The notes under the pieces: model-generated
Databases searched by the model: none
The model's input: only the letters and a program-made list of their open reading frames with translations
Told to the model about the DNA's origin: nothing
NCBI GenBank assembly: GCA_965140785.1
Contig: OZ223475.1
Coordinates: forward strand, 1-64,000
DNA length: 64,000 bases
Source: an uncultured Ruficoccus sp.
GTDB taxonomy: Bacteria > Verrucomicrobiota > Verrucomicrobiia > Opitutales > Cerasicoccaceae
Direction: 5' to 3'
Position numbers and translations under genes: made by a program
In this document: positions 23,020 through 32,377 of the stretch, one piece after another
Layout of the letters: every line of letters begins with the position of its first letter
How positions within the stretch are numbered: position 1 is the stretch's first letter

Positions 23020-23748
23020 TTAGACTTTGTTGTCGGTCTGATGATCGTCCCCCTTCTCACGGCGCGAGACGGTGTAAACAGCAATCGCCAAGGCACTCAT
23101 GCCGCCCCAGACCGCCCATAGTTTCATTTCGGGAACAGCGGAGAAAGTTTGTGTGCCATTGACATACTGTAGGTCACATATATTCGCTCCCTCTTGGTAA
23201 ACCAAGCTCATGTAGTAGCCCCCATCTGGAAAATTCTCGGCTTTTACCGGGTCGCCCGGCTGGGGCACCCCTGCCTCGGACGGATCGAAGTTGAACGATA
23301 CATAGAAATAATCTGCCAATGAGGAATGGGTGCCGTTCTGGGCAGTGACGTTGGCATTCACAATGTACGACCCGTAGGGGGAGTGCCCTACCAGCAGTTG
23401 ACCGTCACTGCCATAGAGTGAGTCATAAATTCCGTCAGCGTCCGGATTGTAAGTGAGGATATACGTTCCGTCGACGCCAGCCACACTTGCGCCGGTGATC
23501 GTCATCAGTGCCCGGGAAATGTCGGCGGTGCTATCCAGAACATCGTAGCTGGCATCGGGGATGTCATAGGTCTCCTGATCGATACGAAATCTAAAATCAA
23601 TATGGGAGCCGACCAGGCCGAGTCCGTCGTAGGTCTGCTCTTGACCAGTCGGATAGAACTGGACATCAAAGCCGAAATCCAGGGTGATGGCAGCGGGTAG
23701 GCTCGTGTGAAGCAGGATAAGCGCGAGGGAGATGATGGAGGCTTTCAC
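23020..23748 (-). CDS. Secreted protein with variant PEP-CTERM sorting signal (AVPEM)
   Basis: Signal peptide, acidic/Tyr-rich body, AVPE + TM + RR tail; lower GC than neighbours. Confidence 0.75.
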   Translation of the reverse strand: MKASIISLALILLHTSLPAAITLDFGFDVQFYPTGQEQTYDGLGLVGSHIDFRFRIDQETYDIPDASYDVLDSTADISRALMTITGASVAGVDGTYILTYNPDADGIYDSLYGSDGQLLVGHSPYGSYIVNANVTAQNGTHSSLADYFYVSFNFDPSEAGVPQPGDPVKAENFPDGGYYMSLVYQEGANICDLQYVNGTQTFSAVPEMKLWAVWGGMSALAIAVYTVSRREKGDDHQTDNKV

Positions 23749-23907
23749 GTAAATTTATCTAATGAGACTGCCGGCCTTAAGCAATCATAAAAAAGGGTGT
23801 AACCCGGACTGTAAACGGCCCGTCAACTCTACCGCGCCAGTGCAGATATCCTGATGAGAAAACGGGCGCAGGGGTGGATTCACGCGCCTTTTATATCAAG
23901 TCCGGCC

Positions 23908-24120
23908 TCAGCCGCCCGCGACGATGCGGACGATTTCGAGGTTGTCGCCGTCGGCGAGGGAGGTCTTGAGGGTTTCGGCGGGGGTGAGGGCCTCGCGGTT
24001 GCGCTCGACCACGACGCGCTCCGGGGCGAGCCCGAGTGTGCCCAGAAAGTCCGGCAGGGTGGTCGCCGTTTCCAGCACGTAGGGTTTACCGTTGGCGGTG
24101 ATGTGGATTTTGTCGCTCAT
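23908..24120 (-). CDS. thiS: Sulfur carrier protein ThiS
   Basis: 70 aa; 'VVVERNRE', C-terminal 'LEIVRIVAGG'. Confidence 0.95.
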   Translation of the reverse strand: MSDKIHITANGKPYVLETATTLPDFLGTLGLAPERVVVERNREALTPAETLKTSLADGDNLEIVRIVAGG

Positions 24121-24142
24121 GTCAGGGGAAATCTTGATCGGT

Positions 24143-25351
24143 TCAGGTGGAGGTGTCGGTCGTGACCAGGGCGCGGTCAAAGTCTTTCCAGACCGCTTCG
24201 TAGCCCTGGCGGCGGATCATGGCCGCAATCTCCACCGGCGGGCGCTCATCTGCAATATGAAACTGCTCGCCGGGCTGGTCTTCGGCGGGGGTCCAGGTTT
24301 CTTCGTTAAAGCTGTCGTAGCCGCCGGGCTCGGTGCTGGAGCCGGCGCTCATCAGGGTGACACCGAGCTTGACCAGGCCGTCGCGCAGCTTGGGCGATTC
24401 GCGGGTGGAGAGGGTGATGCCGACCTGCGGCAGGAACATCCGCAGCGCACAGATGACCTGCACCATTTCACGGTCGCTCATGAGAAAGGACGGGTCCGGC
24501 TGGTAACCGCCGGCGGCGGGACGCATGCGCGGAAAGCTGACCGAGATCTGCGCCTTCCAGCAGTTTTTCAGCAAATGGCGGGCGTGGGCAACGACGGCCA
24601 TTGTCTCATAGCGCCAGTCGTAGAGCCCGTAAAGGGCGCCGATGCCCAGCCGGCGGAAGCCGGCCTCGTAGCCGCGCTCGGCCGTGTCCACACGCCAGGC
24701 GAAGTACTTTTTCGGCCCGGCCTTGTGCATGGACTCGTAGGTGGGCTGATGATAGCTCTCCTGATAAACGATTAACCCCTCGGCCCCGGTCTGGACGAGC
24801 GGGGCGTACTCGGCGGCGTCCATCGGGCCCAGCTCCAGGGCGACGGAGGGCATGTGCCGCAGGGCGGCGCGGATGCAGTCGGCCACGTAGCCGTTGGAGA
24901 CGTACTTGGGGTGCTCCCCGGCCACCAGCAGCAGCGAGCGGAAGCCCTGACGGGCGATCTTGGCCATCTGCTCCTCGGCCACGTTGACCGGGATGGTCAG
25001 GCGGGGGATGTCGTTGTGACGCGAAAAGCCGCAGTAGGTGCAGACGTTGACGCACTCGTTGGAGAGATAAAGCGGGGCGAAGAGCCGGATGGCCTTGCCG
25101 AAAAAGCGCTGAGTCAGCCGCTGCGAATGCGCGGCCATGGTCTCCAGCCACTCCCCCGCCTCGGGGGAAATGAGCGCGGCAAAATCCTCCAGCGTCTCGG
25201 CCCGGCCTTTACGGATGAGCTGGGCGATGCGCTCGCGGTCGCCGTGACGCGATCGGTAAGCGAGTTCGCTGAGGGGAAGCCGTTGCAGGCTCTCGGAAAA
25301 ACGTCCCACCGGCGCCTGGGCCGGGGTGTGGTACTTGGCAGGTCTGGCCAT
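24143..25351 (-). CDS. thiH: 2-iminoacetate synthase ThiH (radical SAM)
   Basis: FAPLYLSNECVNVCTYCGF, YQESY, SFPRMRP, STRE, SAGSSTEPGGY, QFHIADER. Confidence 0.95.
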   Translation of the reverse strand: MARPAKYHTPAQAPVGRFSESLQRLPLSELAYRSRHGDRERIAQLIRKGRAETLEDFAALISPEAGEWLETMAAHSQRLTQRFFGKAIRLFAPLYLSNECVNVCTYCGFSRHNDIPRLTIPVNVAEEQMAKIARQGFRSLLLVAGEHPKYVSNGYVADCIRAALRHMPSVALELGPMDAAEYAPLVQTGAEGLIVYQESYHQPTYESMHKAGPKKYFAWRVDTAERGYEAGFRRLGIGALYGLYDWRYETMAVVAHARHLLKNCWKAQISVSFPRMRPAAGGYQPDPSFLMSDREMVQVICALRMFLPQVGITLSTRESPKLRDGLVKLGVTLMSAGSSTEPGGYDSFNEETWTPAEDQPGEQFHIADERPPVEIAAMIRRQGYEAVWKDFDRALVTTDTST

Positions 25352-25416
25352 GATCGGTTAATCATATTCGCGTCGCCCACAAAGGCAACGTCTTTGCAAA
25401 GAGATTTATTGGGGAA

Positions 25417-25702
25417 GAGCTGGGCCTGCGCGGCCCAGACCCGCGGCAGGCGGAGCCTGCACTTTCGATGCTGCGCATCGCATCAGCGTTTAGCGAAAGC
25501 GGTAACACCGTTTTCGCTAAACGCTGAGAGGCATCAAAACGGGGTCGCACCCTTTGATTAGCCGTAAGTCGCACGCTTGTCTAGTGGCGAGCTCGTGTCA
25601 GGGAAGGCTTCAAGATCGGTCTGGCGTTTGTGCGCAGCACGGGCGCCGGACCGGGGGTGCAGCCCTGGGCTGCCGCGGGTCTGGGCTGCGTAAGCCCAGC
25701 TC
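25417..25702. repeat. Inverted pair of family-A REP-like repeats enclosing a long hairpin (BIME/MITE-like)
   Basis: 25417-25462 and 25657-25702 are imperfect inverted copies; internal tcagcgtttagcgaaagcggt-aac-accgttttcgctaaacgctga at 25483-25527. Confidence 0.75.
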
Positions 25703-25704
25703 CA

Positions 25705-26520
25705 TCAATCCAGGAACGCGGTCAGGGGGCTGGTGGCGACGGCCTTGCCGGACTGGGCGCCGAGGCCCATCTCGTAGGCGGCGCGCCCGGCCTCGACAGC
25801 GGCGGCGAAGGCCTTGCCCATGCGGACCGGATCGGGCGCCACGGCGATGGCGGTGTTAACCAGGACGGCGTCGGCGCCCATCTCGAGCGCGGCGGCGGCG
25901 TGGGAGGGAGCGCCGAGCCCGGCGTCCACCACCACGGGCACGCGGGCCTGCTCGATAATGATCTCGATCTGGGCGCGGGTTTCCAGTCCGCGGTTGGAGC
26001 CGATGGGCGCGCCCAGGGGCATGACCGCGGCGCAGCCAATGTCCTGCAGGCGGGCGGCCAGCACGGGGTCGGCGTTGATGTAGGGCAGGACGGTCCAGCC
26101 CTCGTCAACGAGGGTTTTGGCGGCCTTAAAGGTCTCGATCGGATCGGGCAGCAGGTAGTTGGGATCGGGATGGATCTCCAGCTTGATCCACTGCGGCAGT
26201 CCGGCGGCCAGCGAGAGGCGGGCCAGGCGGAGGGCCTCCTCGGCATCCATGGCCCCGGCGGTGTTGGGCAGGAGCAGGTAGCGATCGGGCTCCAGAAAGT
26301 CCAGGATGTCCGCGAAGGGGTCGCTCTGGGCCTCAAGGTTGGCACGTTTGAGGGCAACGGTGACCAGTTCGGTGCCGCAGGCCCGGAGGGCGTCGCGCAT
26401 GGCCGGGTTGGAGGCAAATTTGCCGGTGCCGGCCAGCAGGCGGGAGTGGAAGCTCCGGCCCGCGATTTCCAGCGGTTGGCAGGATAAGGATTCGTTCGTC
26501 ATGTCTTCTTGTACCTTCAT
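25705..26520 (-). CDS. thiG: Thiazole synthase ThiG
   Basis: [44 protein letters not shown]. Confidence 0.97.
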   Translation of the reverse strand: MKVQEDMTNESLSCQPLEIAGRSFHSRLLAGTGKFASNPAMRDALRACGTELVTVALKRANLEAQSDPFADILDFLEPDRYLLLPNTAGAMDAEEALRLARLSLAAGLPQWIKLEIHPDPNYLLPDPIETFKAAKTLVDEGWTVLPYINADPVLAARLQDIGCAAVMPLGAPIGSNRGLETRAQIEIIIEQARVPVVVDAGLGAPSHAAAALEMGADAVLVNTAIAVAPDPVRMGKAFAAAVEAGRAAYEMGLGAQSGKAVATSPLTAFLD

Positions 26521-26643
26521 AGCGGGCGGTGCCCGTCCTGGCAGGTATTTTTTTCGGAAAAGTTAACCTTGCGCTATTTTCAAGGTCTTGAACCATCCTT
26601 AACCTTGTCTTGGACGGACTGATCCGTGAAAGAGTAGTACTGG

Positions 26644-27573
26644 ATGGAGAAAAAGCAAGAGGGTCTGCGCGTAACCTGGCTGAGTATTTGGATGAATATC
26701 CTGCTGGGCGTGCTTAAGTGTGCGGTTGGGCTGGGGGCGCATTCAACGGCGCTGCTGGCCGACGGGCTGCACTCGCTGGTGGACCTCTCAACCGACCTGG
26801 CTGCGCTCATCGGCCTGAAAATGGCGGCCAAGCCCCGCGACGACAACCACCCCTACGGCCATCACCGCTTCGCCAGCCTCAGTTCGCTCTTTATCGGGCT
26901 GGCGCTCATGATCTTTTGCGTCTGGCTGATAATCGGCTCAGTTCAGCAACTGCTGGCGGAAAATTCGACTGATCCGACCTGGCCCGCGCTGGCCGCCGCC
27001 GCGGTCTCGCTCGTGCTCAAAGAGTGGCTCTATGTGCGCACCCGGCGCATCGCCCGCCAGGAAAAATCCCGCCTCCTGCTGGCTAACGCGCTTCACCACC
27101 GTACCGATTCGCTGTCGTCGGCCCTGGTTTTCATCGCCCTGCTGGCGATCCTGCTGGGGGGGCCGCAACTGGCCTTCGTGGACAAGCTGGTCGGCATCAT
27201 GCTGGGGGCCTGGCTCGGGCTGGAGGCCCTGAAGATCATCATCACGACCAGCAACGACCTGCTCGACACCGCGCCGGACCGCGAGGTGATCAACGACATC
27301 CGCGAGCACATCCTGCCGGTGCCGGGGGCGGTGGCCTATCACCAGTTCCGCGCCCGGCGGGTGGGGGACATGCTCGATGTGGACCTGCATTTGCAGGTGG
27401 ACGGCGCCCTGAGCGTGGACGAGGGGCATGAAATCGCTCGCCGCGTGCGCGAAAATATCCTCCAGCGCCATGAGGAAGTCCTTGATGTGCTGATACATGT
27501 GGAGCCTGCTAGCGCGGAGCACCTGCGCCGGGACGGCGTCTCCGACAAGGCGAAGGACGTGCCTGTTTTCTGA
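26644..27573 (+). CDS. Cation diffusion facilitator (FieF-like) transporter
   Basis: ADGLHSLVD, HPYGH, ANALHHRTD, 'VDLHLQVD', HVEP. Confidence 0.93.
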   Translation: MEKKQEGLRVTWLSIWMNILLGVLKCAVGLGAHSTALLADGLHSLVDLSTDLAALIGLKMAAKPRDDNHPYGHHRFASLSSLFIGLALMIFCVWLIIGSVQQLLAENSTDPTWPALAAAAVSLVLKEWLYVRTRRIARQEKSRLLLANALHHRTDSLSSALVFIALLAILLGGPQLAFVDKLVGIMLGAWLGLEALKIIITTSNDLLDTAPDREVINDIREHILPVPGAVAYHQFRARRVGDMLDVDLHLQVDGALSVDEGHEIARRVRENILQRHEEVLDVLIHVEPASAEHLRRDGVSDKAKDVPVF

Positions 27574-27739
27574 GAGATGCGCAATGGCCAGCCGGGAGCG
27601 GAAGGCCGCCATTTTTAGGAGATTTCCCCCTCTTGGCAGGTAGGTGCAACCCGTGCTTGCCATACGCGCAGGTTTTCGTCATTATTAGGGAACATTTCAC
27701 CCCGTTAAGGTTCTTATCAAGTAACCGATTTCTATTCTT

Positions 27740-28330
27740 ATGGAGACACCTCCCGCTGATCAGGTTCTAGTTGCACGCGTAAAAGACGGCGACAATGGTG
27801 CGTTTGGGGAAATTGTCACCCTTTACTGGGACCGAATTTTCGCACGCGCTTTTCAACTCCTCAAAAACCGAGAAGACGCTGAAGAAGTGACCCAGGACAC
27901 GTTTATCCGGGCCCAAAAGGGGCTGGAAAACTTCCGTGGCGACTCGGCGTTTTCCACGTGGCTGTACCAGATTGCCACCAATCTCGCGCACAACCGCTAC
28001 TGGTACTGGTGGCGGCGTAAGCGCAGTGCGTCCTTCTCGCTCGACCAGAGCCTGACTCAGGACAGCGACGCGACCCTGGCCGACGTCCTGCCCGCCGAAG
28101 GCGAAGACCCCGGCGAGGCGACCCTGACCCAGGAGTTCGTGGACCGCGTCTCCTCCTGCATGGACCAGCTCAACGACAAGCACCGCGAGATCTTGGTCCT
28201 GCGTAACGTTCACAACCTTTCCTACGAAGAAATCGCCGAGGAACTGCGCATCAGCGTAGGAACGGTCAAAAGTCGCATCGCCCGCGCCCGCGAAAGCCTC
28301 CGCGAGCAGATGGGGAGTGATTTTAAATGA
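27740..28330 (+). CDS. ECF sigma-70 factor
   Basis: DAEEVTQDTF, FRGDSAFSTWLYQIA, LSYEEIAE, GTVKSRIARAR. Confidence 0.95.
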   Translation: METPPADQVLVARVKDGDNGAFGEIVTLYWDRIFARAFQLLKNREDAEEVTQDTFIRAQKGLENFRGDSAFSTWLYQIATNLAHNRYWYWWRRKRSASFSLDQSLTQDSDATLADVLPAEGEDPGEATLTQEFVDRVSSCMDQLNDKHREILVLRNVHNLSYEEIAEELRISVGTVKSRIARARESLREQMGSDFK

Positions 28331-29025
28331 CCGACAGCCGCTTCGAGCAGCTGGTTAATCTCTATCTCGATAAGGAAATTTCCCCCGAGGGCTTTGCTGT
28401 GCTCAAAAAAGAGCTGGCCGAGAGCGCCGAGCGCCGCGCCACCTTTCAGCAGTACCGCAACCTCCGCGCGGCGGAGAACCGCATCATCCGCGGCTCGTAC
28501 GTGCCGGACCCGGCGGACGACATCATGCCGGAGCCGTCCCGCTCGCAGAAGCTTTTCGCCTACCTGACTCAGATCGGCGGAATGGCCGCCGCAGTCGCCC
28601 TCTCCGTGGGCGCGTTTCTCTACGTGACCCGCAGCGACTCCGTGCAGCTCGACTCCATCGCGCAGGATGCTTCCCAACTACGGGGCAAGCTCGATGCCCG
28701 CCAGATCGTGGTGGTGATGGATTCAGCGCCCAGCCGCGAGCTGATGGAGCGCCTGATGGACCTGCAAAACACCCACGCGGTGGTGGCGACCCGGATTGGG
28801 GACCGCCAGGGCTGGGTGGTCACGCCGGTCAATTACCAGCCCGTCCCCGCCAACCCGCTCCAATCGCTGGAAACGGCCCAGCCCGTCTCCATCGAGGAAC
28901 TGGCCATGCGCGTGCGCTGCCTGCGACAGATGCAGGAGCTGCCCGGCACCTCGGCTCCGGTTTCCCTCCCCGGCGAGCACCAGATGATGGATTACCCGCT
29001 CATGGCCGCCTCGGACGGGTACTGA
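28327..29025 (+). CDS. Putative anti-sigma factor
   Basis: ATGA overlap with the ECF gene; 'LVNLYLDKEIS' ASD-like start and one TM helix. Confidence 0.75.
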   Translation: MTDSRFEQLVNLYLDKEISPEGFAVLKKELAESAERRATFQQYRNLRAAENRIIRGSYVPDPADDIMPEPSRSQKLFAYLTQIGGMAAAVALSVGAFLYVTRSDSVQLDSIAQDASQLRGKLDARQIVVVMDSAPSRELMERLMDLQNTHAVVATRIGDRQGWVVTPVNYQPVPANPLQSLETAQPVSIEELAMRVRCLRQMQELPGTSAPVSLPGEHQMMDYPLMAASDGY

Positions 29026-29105
29026 GGCAAAAGAATTCGGCTGGACCGACAAGGCAATGGCTTCGCTCTTGCGGCCAATCTAAGCCATATTTGGCGAACC
29101 GTCAT

Positions 29106-30779
29106 TCAGCTATTGTCTTTGGGCTCGTCAAGCAGAGTCCTGGAGCGCGCCAGGGCTGCGTCGATGTCGGGGCAGACGTTTTCTTCGCCGATGCGGGCGA
29201 GCAGGCCGCTTTTTTTGAGGGCCTGGTAGGGCTGGGGCTGGAGGGCGCTGATCACGAGTTGGTGGTGGCGGTGCTGGAGCTTTTCGTAAAGATTTTCCAG
29301 CGCGTTGAGGCCGGTGGCGTCCACCACAGTGACCTTGCGCATGCGCAGGATGACCACGCGGGGTTCGCGCTGGGCGCGTTTGAGGGCGGTCTCCAGCCGG
29401 TCGGCCACACCGAAGAAGAACGGCCCCAGGATGCGGAAGACCTGCACCTGCTCGGGCACGTCCTTGCCCAGCAGGCTGTGCTGCGGGCCCTCGGTGTCGT
29501 TGTCGGGGCTGACCGGGGTGACCTGTGAGGTATCGGCCACGCGCTTGATGAAGAGGATAGCGGCCAGCACCATGCCCACTTCGACGGCCAGCGTGAGGTC
29601 GAAAAGCACGGTCAGTGCGAAGGTGGTCAGGAAGACCGCCGCGTCGCTGCGGGGCCACTTGAACAGCCGGGCGAAGTGGTGCCACTCGCCCATGTTGTAG
29701 GCGACCTTGACCAGCACCGCCGCCAGCACGGCCAGCGGGACGGATTTGGCCAGCGGCGCGGCCACCAGCAGGATGACTAGCAGTGTGAGCGCGTGGATCA
29801 TCCCGGCGACCGGCGTGCGGCCCCCGCTTTTGACGTTAGTGGCCGTGCGGGCAATGGCTCCGGTGGCGGGGATTCCGCCGAAGAGCGGGCTGAAAATGTT
29901 GGCCAGCCCCTGAGCCTTGAGTTCCTGATTGGAGTCATGGCGGTCGTCGATCATCCCGTCGGCCACCACCGCCGACAGGAGCGACTCGATGGCGGCGAGC
30001 AGGGCGATGGTCGTCGCCGGCTGGATCAGCCGGGCCAGCCCGCCAAAGGAAAACTCCGGCAGCTGAAAGGGCGGCAGCCCCTCCGGGATACCCCCGAAGC
30101 GCGAGCCGATCGTCTCCACCGGCAGCTTGAGCAGGGCCACGGCGAGAGTGCCGAGCACGAGCGCAACGACCGAGCCGGGCACGACGCGCGTCCATTTCTT
30201 GGGCCAGAAAACGATCAGCAGCAGGGCGCCGCCGGCCAGCAGCGCCGTGGGCAGGTGGGTGGTGTCGATCGCCCCGCCGAAGGCGGCGCACTTGTCGAGA
30301 AAGCCCGACGGCACGCTCTCCAGTTGCAGCCCGAAAAAGTCCTTGATCTGCGTGCTCAGGATCAGCACCGCGATGCCCGAGGTGAAGCCCACCGTGACCG
30401 GATAGGGGATGAACTTGATCGCCTGCCCGAGCCCGGCGAAGCCCATCACCAGCAGGATAAAGCCCGCCATGATCGTGCACAGGGCGAGGTTGGCCGCGCC
30501 GTACTCAGCCAGGATGCCATAGACGATGACGATAAACGCCCCGGTCGGGCCGCCGATCTGCACCCGCGAACCGCCGAAGGCCGAGATGATGAATCCGGCG
30601 ATGACAGCGGTAAATATCCCCGCCTGGGGCGGTACGCCCGAGGCGATGGCGAAGGCCATGGCCAGCGGCAGTGCTACAATCCCGACCGTGATCCCCGCGA
30701 CCAGGTCCGCCCGGAATTGCTCCCCGTTATACCCGCGCAGGCACTCGACGAGCCGAGGCCGAAAAGTTAAAAATCTCAT
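29106..30779 (-). CDS. SulP/SLC26 anion permease with STAS domain
   Basis: DLVAGITVGIVALPLAMAFAI, QIGGPTGAF, GPFFFG, VDATG. Confidence 0.95.
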   Translation of the reverse strand: MRFLTFRPRLVECLRGYNGEQFRADLVAGITVGIVALPLAMAFAIASGVPPQAGIFTAVIAGFIISAFGGSRVQIGGPTGAFIVIVYGILAEYGAANLALCTIMAGFILLVMGFAGLGQAIKFIPYPVTVGFTSGIAVLILSTQIKDFFGLQLESVPSGFLDKCAAFGGAIDTTHLPTALLAGGALLLIVFWPKKWTRVVPGSVVALVLGTLAVALLKLPVETIGSRFGGIPEGLPPFQLPEFSFGGLARLIQPATTIALLAAIESLLSAVVADGMIDDRHDSNQELKAQGLANIFSPLFGGIPATGAIARTATNVKSGGRTPVAGMIHALTLLVILLVAAPLAKSVPLAVLAAVLVKVAYNMGEWHHFARLFKWPRSDAAVFLTTFALTVLFDLTLAVEVGMVLAAILFIKRVADTSQVTPVSPDNDTEGPQHSLLGKDVPEQVQVFRILGPFFFGVADRLETALKRAQREPRVVILRMRKVTVVDATGLNALENLYEKLQHRHHQLVISALQPQPYQALKKSGLLARIGEENVCPDIDAALARSRTLLDEPKDNS

Positions 30780-30868
30780 GCTTGTTCCCCTGACAAGCAC
30801 CTGAAATTACTCCTCATGCGGCTCCCCGGTCAAGCTGTCGATTCTTGCGAGCGCAAAATTTTTGGACT

Positions 30869-31237
30869 TTAGACAGCCTGAGGCCCTGCCGGTAGCTCCT
30901 TGCTCCGGGCGTGGTTCCGCCAGATCAGCCCGCCGACCAGGGCGGTGAAGGGCGCGACCGTGACCAAGCCGAAGCTGCCCACCATGACCTTCAGGAACTC
31001 CGCCGCCACGTCGTTGATATTGGCGATGCAGGCCACGACGGGTTTGCCCTCCGGGTCGAGCGAGTATTGCAGGAGCATTTCCCCGTCCTCGCGGAAGTAC
31101 TCGTCGAGCGCTAGCTGGCCGGTGAGCATGTTGTCGGCCCGGAGTGTTTGGCCTTGATTGGGGCCATCCAGTAGCTCGACTTCCAGCCGCTACGCGCCGG
31201 AGCGGAGCATGAGGTTCTGGCGAAGGCGGGCGGGCAT
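30869..31237 (-). pseudogene. YibE/F-family relic with a premature stop and a large internal deletion
   Basis: One frame reads ...GA*RLEVELLDGPNQGQTLRADNMLTGQLALDEYF (N-terminal-like) joined to VAAEFLKVMVGSFGLVTVAPFTALVGG (C-terminal-like); TAG at 31190-31192. Confidence 0.6.
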
Positions 31238-31266
31238 AGAAGCCGGCAGGTCGGAGGGAAGGTGTG

Positions 31267-32193
31267 TCAGCGTCTTTCTCCGTCCCCGTAAACGAGGTTG
31301 ATAATGAACTCGATATCCTCTTCCCGACTCGGTCTTTTATTGCCGACCCAAAAGGTGCGGAATCTGAGGAGCTTAAAGAAAACATAATCGACATCCTTGC
31401 TGTTCAGGCGCCGGATTTTAAGCCCGCTGGAAACCAGCCTCTGGAACCGCGCGTTGGCATCGATAGCTTCGGGGAGGGTCGTGGTTTGCAGGATGGAGTT
31501 ACCCGTCAGGGGCAGGGCGGCCAGCTGGAGACTTCTCCGGTCGTCCCCCATGGCTGAGGAGATATACTGGCTGATGCGGGAGGCGATGAATTCGGGAGCC
31601 TGACGGGCGATGAGGCAGACATTGAGGACATCCACTTCATTCTGGAGTGCTGGGGACTCGTTTTTCCGGGCGTCCGGCCTTCTGTGCTCCCAGAGATTCC
31701 TGCGGAGGGAGGACAGCACGTCATAATAACTACTCCAGACCGCTTCGTTGCGGATATCGGAGTCGGAATTGGCGAACGCGAGCAGATAATCCGACACCAT
31801 CTCCGAGGCTGCCTCCGGCGCATTTATCTGAACATAGTGCAGATCCCAGAAAACCGGCGGACAGGCGTAAGTCCACCGGTTGGCATCGTCCCCGTAGTAG
31901 GTTTTGCCGTAAAAAGCTGAAAGCAGGCTCAGGTTGAAGACCGCTGCGTACTCCCCGTACTCCCGCGCGATGTTACGTGCGTTTTGAACTTCTTCCGGCT
32001 TCCCGGAGATCAGCGAAAGGTAGCGGATGAGTCCGGCATACTCTTTTTGCTGATCGAGGCTCAGCCGTTGAAAGTAGTTCAGCCTCTCCGAGGCCAGATG
32101 GGTGATAATTTTATCTGTGTCCGGCTCCGCGCGTACGCTCAGGCAGGCACTCAATAAGACGAGGCTAAGCAGTCGGACAGCGAATTTTGGCAT
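31267..32193 (-). CDS. Hypothetical secreted protein
   Basis: Signal peptide, 308-aa helical ORF, lower GC; no family recognised. Confidence 0.65.
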   Translation of the reverse strand: MPKFAVRLLSLVLLSACLSVRAEPDTDKIITHLASERLNYFQRLSLDQQKEYAGLIRYLSLISGKPEEVQNARNIAREYGEYAAVFNLSLLSAFYGKTYYGDDANRWTYACPPVFWDLHYVQINAPEAASEMVSDYLLAFANSDSDIRNEAVWSSYYDVLSSLRRNLWEHRRPDARKNESPALQNEVDVLNVCLIARQAPEFIASRISQYISSAMGDDRRSLQLAALPLTGNSILQTTTLPEAIDANARFQRLVSSGLKIRRLNSKDVDYVFFKLLRFRTFWVGNKRPSREEDIEFIINLVYGDGERR

Positions 32194-32377
32194 GGGGGCG
32201 TCAGATTGAGATCAGTGTGGAGGGGATAATAAATGCAATCAATATTAACGTCGGGTTCACAATGTTAATCTACCCACGCGGGGCTGACTGGTGGGTTTAT
32301 TATCGAGGCTGTCCAGCCATATAAAGAGGAGCTGTTGGTCAGAATCCGGCTACGCCTCCGTGCCCAGGCTCCGGCGG

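Noticed and set aside
25520..25610. TPP-riboswitch-like words (ctgaga, accctttga, agggaa) near the thi genes
   Set aside because: They are on the strand opposite the thi genes, lack the ACCUGA/UAAU core, and lie inside a repeat cassette.
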